Part shown: positions 17,620 to 26,005 of the stretch, one piece after another
How positions within the stretch are numbered: the first letter of the stretch is position 1
Layout of the letters: each line of letters begins with the position of its first letter
Origin: an uncultured Gammaproteobacteria bacterium
GTDB lineage: Bacteria > Patescibacteriota > Microgenomatia > CAZETR01 > Amesbacteraceae
Length of the DNA stretch: 64,000 bases
Assembly (NCBI GenBank): GCA_964633995.1
Contig: CAZWKN010000001.1
Coordinates: 56,218 to 120,217 of the forward strand
Direction of reading: 5' to 3'
Program-made: the position numbers and the translations under genes
Notes under the pieces: generated by a model
Databases searched by the model: none
The model's input: the letters and a program-made list of their open reading frames with translations, nothing else
What the model was told of the DNA's origin: nothing

Positions 17620-18574
17620 TATTGACGAAAGATTTAAGCGAGTGACGCTGGGGTTGTCTTGCAGGCGGTTGGTGATTTTGGCGGGGGGTAATTCGTCTGA
17701 GGCCGAAGTGTCAAAAGTTACCGGGAGGCGGGTGCATGAGGTGCTGGAAAAAACTGGACTGGATACTGAATTGGTGGATCCAGATGGTTTTCGTATACTA
17801 GACTGGGAAGCGAAACTGAAAAACGTAGGAATGGTGTTTGTTGCCATGCACGGGGGTTGGGGGGAAAATGGTCAGTTGCAGGGTTTGTTAGATAGGTTTG
17901 GGGTTGTATATACTGGCTCTGGGGTGGAAGGAAGTTGCCTGGGTATGGATAAGCTTGCAAGTAAGAGAATTTGGCAAGCGATTGGTGTAAATACACCAGA
18001 GATTGTAGAGTTCCGAAATTGTAAAAAAACTGTTTTTCCTTTGGTGGTCAAGATAGCTGCCGAGGGATCTGGTAGGGGTGTATTTTTGGTAAAAAAGTTT
18101 GGGGAGTTGGAAAAACTGCTAATCAAATTAAAAGATAAAGAAAATGTGTTTATTGAACGGTATGTTGGAGGTCGGGAAATAAGTTCGATGGTAGTCGAAG
18201 AAAGAGGGGTGTGTGTTGTGTTACCGATTTTGGAAGCAAAGTTTAAACAGGATTTTTTTGATTACGACGCACGTTATCAGAATAAGGGGCACGCCAGAGA
18301 GGTGCCGGCCAGGTTGGCTTTGGGTGTCAGAAAAAAGATCGAGGATGACTCGATTAAAGCGTTTCGAGCCTTAAATTTACGCGATTATGCACGTTTTGAT
18401 ATCCGTTTGGGAAACAATAGCGTGCCGTATTTTTTAGAGGCGACAAGTTTGCCCGGCATGACCACTACAAGTTGGATGCCGGCAATGTTTGAGGCGGCAG
18501 GTGTTGATTTTGAGCATTTGGTAAAGTATTTGGTTTGTTTGGCATGGGAAAGGGGAAAGAATGAAAAAGTATGA
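17600..18574 (+). CDS. D-Ala-D-Ala ligase-family ATP-grasp enzyme, divergent
   Basis: GGNSSEAEVS, MHGGWGENGQLQG, MDK, FFDYDARY, ARFD, LEATSLPGMT. Confidence 0.85.
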   Translation: MDLSQNNIDERFKRVTLGLSCRRLVILAGGNSSEAEVSKVTGRRVHEVLEKTGLDTELVDPDGFRILDWEAKLKNVGMVFVAMHGGWGENGQLQGLLDRFGVVYTGSGVEGSCLGMDKLASKRIWQAIGVNTPEIVEFRNCKKTVFPLVVKIAAEGSGRGVFLVKKFGELEKLLIKLKDKENVFIERYVGGREISSMVVEERGVCVVLPILEAKFKQDFFDYDARYQNKGHAREVPARLALGVRKKIEDDSIKAFRALNLRDYARFDIRLGNNSVPYFLEATSLPGMTTTSWMPAMFEAAGVDFEHLVKYLVCLAWERGKNEKV

Positions 18575-19349
18575 CTTGAGTAAGCTCGCTTTGGGATATG
18601 AGGCTAAACGGGCTATTCCACTCCAAGTCGAGAATGAGATTGTCCGTTTTGTGAAGAAATGGTTGAGATTTCGGGATGGAAAGTATTGGGATTTGGGTTG
18701 TGGTTCCGGAAGAATAATGGTTCCCTTGGCTAAGAGGTTATCGATGTCAAGGTGGGTGGGGGTGGATGTATCCCCCGAGATGGTAAGTAAATGCCAAGAA
18801 AAAATTGAGGAGGAAGGGTTATCAAAAAGGGTAATGATTAAATGTTTATCAATGGAAGACCCGGGGGTATTTGAGGGCAGTAGTTTGATAGATGGGATGC
18901 TTTTGTATCATTCATTTCATATGGTAAAAAATCGGGTTGAATTGGTGAAAGCAATTTATGACAAGTTGAGAAATGGTGGTCGGGTTGTTGTGGCCAATAC
19001 TACTCATAGTCAGTTGGCAACTACATTAAATTACAAGTGGTTGCCAGAGGTGCTTGAGTGGGAATATTTAAGAACTCCGGACGGCCCCGATGTGATTAAA
19101 GTGTTTCGAGAAAACGGTTTTGATTTGAAAGCAGTGAAGGAGATATGTATTAAAAAAAGCTTTAGATCAATTTCCGAATGGATTGTTTGGCTATCTGGTA
19201 GGCCAATATCCGCTTTGACATTTTGGTCGGATAGTGAACTTAGGGAGAAGCTTGATGAATTAAAACAGAAAGTGATCTTGGAGATGGGAGATCCTGAATT
19301 GGAATATGCTTATGATTTTCATACGTTATATGTGTTTGAAAAAGTATGA
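18561..19349 (+). CDS. Class I SAM-dependent methyltransferase
   Basis: WDLGCGSG, VGVDVSPEM, LRNGGRVVV. Confidence 0.88.
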   Translation: MKKYDLSKLALGYEAKRAIPLQVENEIVRFVKKWLRFRDGKYWDLGCGSGRIMVPLAKRLSMSRWVGVDVSPEMVSKCQEKIEEEGLSKRVMIKCLSMEDPGVFEGSSLIDGMLLYHSFHMVKNRVELVKAIYDKLRNGGRVVVANTTHSQLATTLNYKWLPEVLEWEYLRTPDGPDVIKVFRENGFDLKAVKEICIKKSFRSISEWIVWLSGRPISALTFWSDSELREKLDELKQKVILEMGDPELEYAYDFHTLYVFEKV

Positions 19350-19981
19350 TTTTAGAAATTCCAGAAGCTATAAAAAGGGTTCAAGGTGGAGAAATGTTGA
19401 TAGTTGTTGATGATGAAGACCGGGAGAATGAAGGAGATTTGTTTGTGGCGACTGAGAAAATAGATCCGGATAAAGTTAATTTCATGGCTACTTATGGTAA
19501 GGGGTTGATTTGTGTTAGTTTGCCGCAAAGTAGACTGGAGAAGTTAAATATTCCGCCGATGGTTCTGAATAACAGTTCAGTGCATCAGACTGCTTTTCAT
19601 TTGTCGTGTGAAGCTCGACACGGAACAACGACGGGAATTTCGGCTTATGATCGGGCATTGACGATGCAAAAAATAATCGAGGTGGGGGTTACTGGGGACG
19701 ATTTTGTTTTTCCGGGTCACGTTTTTCCTTTAGCTGCAAAAAGAGGTGGGGTTATTGAGCGGACTGGTCACACCGAAGCATCGGCAGATTTTGCTGCGTT
19801 GGCGGGGTGTAAACCTTCTGGAGTGATTGTTGAGATAATGGATGACGATGGAAGGATGGCGCGAATGTCTAAATTGGAGACTATTTCGATTAGGTTTAAT
19901 ATTGGAATTGTAACCATAAAATCCTTGGTCGAGTACAGACGTGCAAAAAATCTTACTGATTCTCTTTACGTCGATTGGTAA
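19346..19981 (+). CDS. ribB: 3,4-dihydroxy-2-butanone-4-phosphate synthase, stand-alone
   Basis: VDDEDRENEGD, GLICV, TTGISAYDRA, PGHVFPL, GHTEA. Confidence 0.93.
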   Translation: MILEIPEAIKRVQGGEMLIVVDDEDRENEGDLFVATEKIDPDKVNFMATYGKGLICVSLPQSRLEKLNIPPMVLNNSSVHQTAFHLSCEARHGTTTGISAYDRALTMQKIIEVGVTGDDFVFPGHVFPLAAKRGGVIERTGHTEASADFAALAGCKPSGVIVEIMDDDGRMARMSKLETISIRFNIGIVTIKSLVEYRRAKNLTDSLYVDW

Positions 19982-19990
19982 AATACTATT

Positions 19991-20710
19991 GTGCAGAAAG
20001 TAATTGGAGAAATATTGGTTAATTATCAGGTGGTAGGGAGTGGGAAAAAGGATATGGTGGTACTTCATGGTTGGCAGGCAAGCATTGAGGAGTGGAAGAG
20101 GGTGGCTGACAACTTTTCGGAAGATGGCTACCGGGTGTTTCTCATAGATTTGCCCGGGTTTGGAGGAACCAGCCGGGTTCAAAGTGATTGGGGGGCGTAT
20201 GAGTATGCAGATTTTGTGGTGGAGTTTTGTAAAACGATGGGGGTAAAAAATCCGGTGGTAATAGGGCATTCGTTTGGGGGAAGAGTGGCCATTGTTTTGG
20301 CCGGTTTTAAAAAAATAGCCATATCCAGGTTGGTGTTGGTGGATGCGGCTGGAATGGAGATGAAAAGTTTAAAAACCAGAATGGTTAGGGTTTTGGCTCC
20401 GTGGTTCAGATGGTTACCGAAAAATATCAAAAGGATCTTGGGGTCGGCCGATTATAAAAATTCAGGAAACATGATGGAAATATTTAAGAAAGTTATTAAT
20501 CAGCCATTGCGCTACTTGCTGCCGGAGATAAAAGTGCCTACGGTGGTGGTGTGGGGTGAGCGGGATAGTATACTTCCGCTGTCCGAGGCCAAGATGATTC
20601 ATAAGGGTATCTTGGGGTCAGTGTTTCGGATTGTGTGGGGTGCAGGGCATAGTCCGCATGTGGAAAAACTTGATGAGTTTATTCAGATATTAAAGGAAGA
20701 AGGAATATGA
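19991..20710 (+). CDS. Alpha/beta hydrolase
   Basis: LHGW, DLPGFG, GHSFGG, WGERD, AGHSPH. Confidence 0.92.
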   Translation: MQKVIGEILVNYQVVGSGKKDMVVLHGWQASIEEWKRVADNFSEDGYRVFLIDLPGFGGTSRVQSDWGAYEYADFVVEFCKTMGVKNPVVIGHSFGGRVAIVLAGFKKIAISRLVLVDAAGMEMKSLKTRMVRVLAPWFRWLPKNIKRILGSADYKNSGNMMEIFKKVINQPLRYLLPEIKVPTVVVWGERDSILPLSEAKMIHKGILGSVFRIVWGAGHSPHVEKLDEFIQILKEEGI

Positions 20711-21897
20711 AGAATCTATTACTTTATCTAAACATCTTGCAGATTGAGGAGTATCAGGTCGATCGGTTTATTAGTTGGGTCAAAAGTCATCCCAACCCCA
20801 AGCCTCTGGAGGGTAAAAAACCGATAGTGTGGACATTGAAATTGAAATTAGTGTATTGGTTTAGCTTGGTTGTGTGGCCAGTTACATATTTTTGGCCGTG
20901 GATTGGTTTGGCAATGGGGACGACACTGATACATGTATTTGAGAGATGGGTTTTGGAGTATAGAAAAAAGCAGACCAAATTAAAAATAGCCGGACTAAAA
21001 AAGACGGGACTTAGGGTGGTGGGAATCTCTGGAAGTTTTGGTAAGACCAGCACAAAAGAGGTGTTGTATACATTGCTGCAGGGAAAATACCGCGTTTACA
21101 GGACCCCCGAAAGTTTTAATACGGTAAAAGGAATTGTTAAAGCGGTTGACCTTGAATTAGATGAGGGCTATGAAATATTTATTTGCGAGATGGGGGAATA
21201 CAAACCCGGAGACGTAAAAGAACTGTGTGAGATGGTGGATCCGGATATGGGTATTGTTACCGGCGTAAACGAGCAACATGGAGAAAGGATGGGGGGGGTG
21301 GAGAAAGCCAGGGCTACTGTATTGGAGCTGGCGGATTGGGTGGCTACTAAAAATGGTTTGGTAGTAGTAAATGGCAAAAGTGTAACTGGAACAGGCTATT
21401 TGGAATATGGAAAGAACGTTTACAGGACACCTTTGGAGCAAAATGTCGAAGGGGCTGGGATAGTGGCCGCCAAGCTTGGTATTACACCAAAAGAAATAAA
21501 GGAGCGAACGAAATTAATTAAGCCTGTTAGGCATCGGTTGGAGGTTAAGAAACATGGAGAGTTGACAATATTGGACGATACTTACAATTCAAATCCGGAT
21601 GGGTTTGCTGTTGCAATTACGTATTTGGGGGATTTTTCCGCTCCAAGGGTAGTGGTTACGCCAGGGATAGTGGAACTTGGAAGCGAGAGTGGGCGTGTGC
21701 ATCGGGAATTGGGGACGAAAATGACAGGAGTGGTGGATTTGCTGGTTTTGGTGGGCAAAAACGAGCGGACAGAGGCCCTGGTGAGTACTTTTAAGGGTAA
21801 GTGTGTGTTTGTTTCGAGTGTGAACGAATGGCGCGATGTGGTTTCCCTAGATAAGGGAGCGATTCTTTTTGAAAACGATTTGCCGGACAATTATTAA
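20707..21897 (+). CDS. murF: MurF-type Mur ligase with N-terminal membrane segment
   Basis: GISGSFGKTSTKE, SFNT, EMG, DDTYNSNPDG, TPGIVELG, ENDLPDNY. Confidence 0.82.
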   Translation: MKNLLLYLNILQIEEYQVDRFISWVKSHPNPKPLEGKKPIVWTLKLKLVYWFSLVVWPVTYFWPWIGLAMGTTLIHVFERWVLEYRKKQTKLKIAGLKKTGLRVVGISGSFGKTSTKEVLYTLLQGKYRVYRTPESFNTVKGIVKAVDLELDEGYEIFICEMGEYKPGDVKELCEMVDPDMGIVTGVNEQHGERMGGVEKARATVLELADWVATKNGLVVVNGKSVTGTGYLEYGKNVYRTPLEQNVEGAGIVAAKLGITPKEIKERTKLIKPVRHRLEVKKHGELTILDDTYNSNPDGFAVAITYLGDFSAPRVVVTPGIVELGSESGRVHRELGTKMTGVVDLLVLVGKNERTEALVSTFKGKCVFVSSVNEWRDVVSLDKGAILFENDLPDNY

Positions 21898-21916
21898 ATG
21901 TGTTAAAATCCTTCGC

Positions 21917-22159
21917 ATGGCATATATGTGTGATTATTGCGGTAAGGGTGTGCAGTATGGTGAAACAGGTGTTCACGGGCGTGGTGTGGCGGGTGGAAGG
22001 TGGAAAAAGAGAGCTCAAAAGACCAGGAAAGTGTTTAAGCCGAATTTGCACTATAGAAAAGTAACTATTAAGGGTGAGGCAATTAGGGTTAGGTTGTGCA
22101 CCAAGTGTTTGAGAAAGATCGGGAGTCTGGATGAGAAAAAGTGGGTAGCGGCAGCATAG
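21917..22159 (+). CDS. rpmB: 50S ribosomal protein L28
   Basis: MAYMCDYCGK...FKPNL...LCTKCLR. Confidence 0.93.
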   Translation: MAYMCDYCGKGVQYGETGVHGRGVAGGRWKKRAQKTRKVFKPNLHYRKVTIKGEAIRVRLCTKCLRKIGSLDEKKWVAAA

Positions 22160-22225
22160 GATAGTTTTTGTGAAGAGGCGTTCACTGGATTTTGACGGGG
22201 TATAGAGGGAGAATGTGGAATCTGT

Positions 22226-22594
22226 ATGAAGCAGCAGATCAAACAGTTACTTCTAACCCAAAAGGCAACTTTAGAGAAGGCTCTTGAAGGGGCACGGGAG
22301 GCTCAGCTAAGTGCCCCGTCTGCCATGGAGTCTCATTCTGATACAACTAGGTCGGAAAAAGAGAAATTGGTAACTGCATTGGAAGTGGATATAAAAAGGG
22401 TCAGGACTTTGATGCAAAAAATAGATGGTAAAGAGTCTGGTGATAAGTTGTGGGGAGTAAAGACGATTGAGGTTGGAGGAAAGCTACTTCAATGCTGTTT
22501 GGTGCCGTCTGGAATGGGGGGGATGAAAGTTGGCGATTTTCAGCTGGTGTCTGTGGATTCCCCGATGGGAAAAAGATTGTTGGATGAAATATGA
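22226..22594 (+). CDS. GreA/GreB-like protein
   Basis: N-terminal coiled coil and C-terminal VSVDSPMGKRLL. Confidence 0.5.
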   Translation: MKQQIKQLLLTQKATLEKALEGAREAQLSAPSAMESHSDTTRSEKEKLVTALEVDIKRVRTLMQKIDGKESGDKLWGVKTIEVGGKLLQCCLVPSGMGGMKVGDFQLVSVDSPMGKRLLDEI

Positions 22595-22636
22595 GGTGAA
22601 TGTAGATGGGGGGGACGGTTGGTATAAAATAGAGCG

Positions 22637-23323
22637 GTGAATCAAATACAAGCTGACATTCTTACGAGTTTGGCTAAGTGTGAACAAGGGCTGAGATATT
22701 CGCAAATCAAGCCGCGGGAACTTGAGAGCGATAAGTTTAATTACCATTTGCAGACACTGGTGGGAATGGCCTGGGTTGAAAAGAATGGAAATGTATACAC
22801 CCTGACGATTGAAGGAAAAAAGTTTGTTGCGAACATGGATTTGTTGGGCAACTTGAAACAGACGTTCAAAGTGTCGGTAGTGTTGTATGTCGTAAATGGC
22901 GCTAAAATTTTGGCACAAAAGAGACTGCGACATCCGTTTTTTGGAGATATTACTTCGGTGGCCGGCAAGGTATTGCCCGGAGAAAAAATAGAAGCTGCCG
23001 CAAGTAGGAAGTTGAAGGAGGAGACTGGTTTGGTGGGTAGTTTTAAACTGTTGGGTGTGCACAGAAAAATTAGAAAAACCAAACAAGGTGAGGTGATTGA
23101 AGATACTTTTTACAATGTGTGTGTATGTAGGCGTCCTGAAGGTGAATTGGAAGAAAAAAATATGTTTGGGGAAAATTTTTGGGTCGAGTTTGGACAGATG
23201 ATTGAATGGGAAAAGAAAAATGCGGACACGGGTAAAACCGATATAGAGATCATTGAAAGGATTAGAGATAACAATGATGAGTTGTTTTATTTTGAAGAAG
23301 AAACTGTGGTGGAGAGATATTAA
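22637..23323 (+). CDS. wHTH-NUDIX fusion protein
   Basis: FNYHLQTLV..YTLTIEG then AGKVLPGE...RKLKEETG. Confidence 0.8.
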   Translation: MNQIQADILTSLAKCEQGLRYSQIKPRELESDKFNYHLQTLVGMAWVEKNGNVYTLTIEGKKFVANMDLLGNLKQTFKVSVVLYVVNGAKILAQKRLRHPFFGDITSVAGKVLPGEKIEAAASRKLKEETGLVGSFKLLGVHRKIRKTKQGEVIEDTFYNVCVCRRPEGELEEKNMFGENFWVEFGQMIEWEKKNADTGKTDIEIIERIRDNNDELFYFEEETVVERY

Positions 23324-24108
23324 GGTTTGATACGCTGTCCTTTTGGATCGATGCTCCAGATGCCAGGCCAACCTGAAAAGGCTCTAAGTTTTCTTTCAAT
23401 TTCTAAATTCGAAACTCTAAGCTCCAAATAATCCTTTAATTGTTTGTAGTCAATGAAACCGTCCTGGCGGGTGAGCTTGTGGGTGTAAGTCGCAAGACTG
23501 TCGTCTTGCTCTTTTAGTGCTAAGTGCGAAGTGCTAAGTGCTAAGGATAGAAATAGATCTGCTCCAAGTTCAAAGAGGCGATTACCCAACGTGATCCAGG
23601 TGTCGGTGGGCAAGATTGTATCTTTTTGGACGGCCACAATTGGGCCATGGTCCATTTTTTCGTCCATTTGGATAATGGTGACGCCGGTATCGGAAACGCC
23701 ATCTAATATCTGCTGTTGAAGAGGAGAAGCTCCTCTATATTTGGGTAGTAGCGAAGGGTGAATGTTGTAAATATGACCATTAAATTTATCCAAAATTTCT
23801 TTGGGGATTATCTTGCCGTAGGCGGCGACTAAGCCAACTATATCACCCTCTTCGGTTCCCCCTCTTAAATTCTCACTTTCGGCTCGTGCCTTCGTCGTAA
23901 GAGGGGGAAAGGGGGTGATATTTTCAATAACTGGAATGTCATTTTTTTGGGCAAATACTTTGACTGGGTTGGGGGTGAGCCTTAGATGTCTTCCGGCCGG
24001 TTTATCGGAGTTGGTAACAACACTTAGTACTTTGCACTTAGCACTTAGTACTTTCTCAAGGACTATGATGGAAAAGGGGGATGAGCCAAAAAAGACGATA
24101 TCTTGCAT
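23320..24108 (-). CDS. fmt: Methionyl-tRNA formyltransferase with in-frame repeat insertions
   Basis: VAAYGKII, NIHPSLLPKYRGASP, MDEKMDHG. Confidence 0.93.
   Translation of the reverse strand: MQDIVFFGSSPFSIIVLEKVLSAKCKVLSVVTNSDKPAGRHLRLTPNPVKVFAQKNDIPVIENITPFPPLTTKARAESENLRGGTEEGDIVGLVAAYGKIIPKEILDKFNGHIYNIHPSLLPKYRGASPLQQQILDGVSDTGVTIIQMDEKMDHGPIVAVQKDTILPTDTWITLGNRLFELGADLFLSLALSTSHLALKEQDDSLATYTHKLTRQDGFIDYKQLKDYLELRVSNLEIERKLRAFSGWPGIWSIDPKGQRIKP
23841..23920. repeat. Palindromic element inside fmt
   Basis: TTCCCCCTCTTA(23856-23867)/TAAGAGGGGGAA(23898-23909) plus outer TATCACCC/GGGTGATA. Confidence 0.85.
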
Positions 24109-24125
24109 GGGAGAATTATACCAAG

Positions 24126-24545
24126 TTAGTCGTCGTCCCCTTCTGGTGGTTTATCTTTCTTTTTCTCCCTTTTGGGTCGGATTCGTTTACTTGCGAACTC
24201 ATCTCGGATGGTCGTTAATCCTTCTAGAAGGTCCTCAACATTGGTAATTTGGTCGTCGATATCCCCAACTTTTTTATCCACGCCTCGATCGTTATCAGAA
24301 ATACTAACATGATTGAATGCGTTTAGGACTAAATATAATGAAGAAAGTGCTACAGCACCGAAGGCGATTAAGTTGGCTGCGTCAAGAGTGGGGGAATCAA
24401 TTCTCATTCCATGTTGGGCGGCTAGATTTTGAAGGCCTGTAGAAATAGCCATTTCCGCAAGACCCAAGACAATTAAGCCAATTGCAACTTTAGTTGGTGT
24501 TGAGAAACCACTTTTTTCAAGTTTTTGATCTGAATCTTTTGTCAT
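24126..24545 (-). CDS. Hypothetical membrane protein
   Basis: Two TM segments, charged tail. Confidence 0.6.
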   Translation of the reverse strand: MTKDSDQKLEKSGFSTPTKVAIGLIVLGLAEMAISTGLQNLAAQHGMRIDSPTLDAANLIAFGAVALSSLYLVLNAFNHVSISDNDRGVDKKVGDIDDQITNVEDLLEGLTTIRDEFASKRIRPKREKKKDKPPEGDDD

Positions 24546-24550
24546 GTGAT

Positions 24551-25429
24551 TTACCTTCCTTGTTTTCTATAACTTGCGAATCGTTTGGCGCGTTTTCGGC
24601 GATTTTCTAGTCCGATATTTTTTTGTGATCTACCATGAGAAATGGGGTGATCTTGGACATTCTGGATGATCCCGGGTACTTCGTTTTTGGTGATACTAGG
24701 ACCGTGGGAGGTAAGTGCTCGAACGATTGCGGAGTGAGCTAGTTGGGGATCGGTTCTTGCTGTTTCAGAAAACAAAGATTCAAGTTGACCCAATGGAGTT
24801 TCTCCAAGTATAAAACTGTCTTGTCCTCTGCCGGTTAAGGATTTATTTAATCTTCGAAAAATTTGCAAATTTAATTCTTGGGTTTCTGGGTCAACGGTCG
24901 ATGGATGGAAACCGGATTTTATTCTTTTTACTCCTTTATAAAGTAAAAAACCCGCCAATCCAAGAGCAGCACTTGAAAGGCAAAAACCCAATGCACTGAT
25001 TGTTTTTGTCCCCACTAATTCTGTGGCAAATTCGCCAAGAGTCACCGTTTTGAGTGTGTCGGTTGTAACATTGGAGGAATCGAGTTGATTATCGTTAGTC
25101 GTTGTCGAATTTAGGGGTTTTGGGTCGCCCGTTTCGGGTACTGGGTTTTGGGGTGGGATGAAATTGGGGTTGCTGCAGGTTTCTGGAGTAAGGATGGTGG
25201 CATAAAGAGTCCCACTGATCTCCTCAAGTTTTATTTGACAAGTAGTGGGGTCTGCTCCTGCGTGCCAGGCTAGGGAATTTTTAAAATCGCCTTCGTTTAG
25301 GCCAATTGGGCCAGAGGCGCTTACCCCACCTACTGCGGAGGTTCTGATCCCTTTGGGATCGGTACAAACCGGCTCTTGCCAGACACTACACGCCTGGACA
25401 GTTTGAGGAGCTTGAGCTTCGGTGAGCAT
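24551..25429 (-). CDS. Hypothetical single-TM protein
   Basis: 292-aa ORF, Cys/Thr-rich N-terminus, central TM. Confidence 0.6.
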   Translation of the reverse strand: MLTEAQAPQTVQACSVWQEPVCTDPKGIRTSAVGGVSASGPIGLNEGDFKNSLAWHAGADPTTCQIKLEEISGTLYATILTPETCSNPNFIPPQNPVPETGDPKPLNSTTTNDNQLDSSNVTTDTLKTVTLGEFATELVGTKTISALGFCLSSAALGLAGFLLYKGVKRIKSGFHPSTVDPETQELNLQIFRRLNKSLTGRGQDSFILGETPLGQLESLFSETARTDPQLAHSAIVRALTSHGPSITKNEVPGIIQNVQDHPISHGRSQKNIGLENRRKRAKRFASYRKQGR

Positions 25430-25461
25430 GCCCTATAGTATACACCTAAAGTAAAAAATGT

Positions 25462-26001
25462 CTAGATGGATACCTCTTCCCAGTCTTTTCCGGTGACGTG
25501 GAAGATTTTGGAATCTTGTTCAAGTGCCCGGTCGATGAAAAGGATGCCGTTTAAATGATCCATTTCGTGTTGGATGATATGCGCAGAGAATCCTGAAAAG
25601 GATTCTTGCACAGGACTAAGTGTTAAGGGCGAAGTGCTAAGTGTCTGGTACTTTACGGTGACGCTTAGGGAGCGTTTGATGGGAGAATAGTGGGCGGGAA
25701 TGGATAAGCAGCCTTCATAAACCCCGTTTTTAGTATCTGGGATTTGGAGGCGTTGGGAGTACTTGATGATTTCTGGGTTAATGAAAAGCTGGGGCTTTTT
25801 TTTGGGATTGGGGCGAATAAAGAATATGCGGAGGGAAATGCCTACTTGGGGAGCTGCAAGGCCGACCCCGACCGGGTTTTTGGCAGCCAGCAAGACTTTT
25901 TGCATGTGGGAAATGATGTCCAACACTTTTTTATCAAGTGTGGTGACAGATTTGGCGACTTGGCGAAGAACGGGTTCGGGAACTGTAACTATGTCTGACA
26001 T
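25462..26001 (-). CDS. def: Peptide deformylase
   Basis: GVGLAAPQVG, EGCLS, QHEMDHLNG. Confidence 0.96.
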   Translation of the reverse strand: MSDIVTVPEPVLRQVAKSVTTLDKKVLDIISHMQKVLLAAKNPVGVGLAAPQVGISLRIFFIRPNPKKKPQLFINPEIIKYSQRLQIPDTKNGVYEGCLSIPAHYSPIKRSLSVTVKYQTLSTSPLTLSPVQESFSGFSAHIIQHEMDHLNGILFIDRALEQDSKIFHVTGKDWEEVSI

Positions 26002-26005
26002 GAGC

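Noticed and set aside
22484-23371. Long antisense ORFs (295 aa here; also 2965-3615, 29985-30623, 50917-51657)
   Set aside because: Shadows of well-supported plus-strand genes, with no motifs of their own
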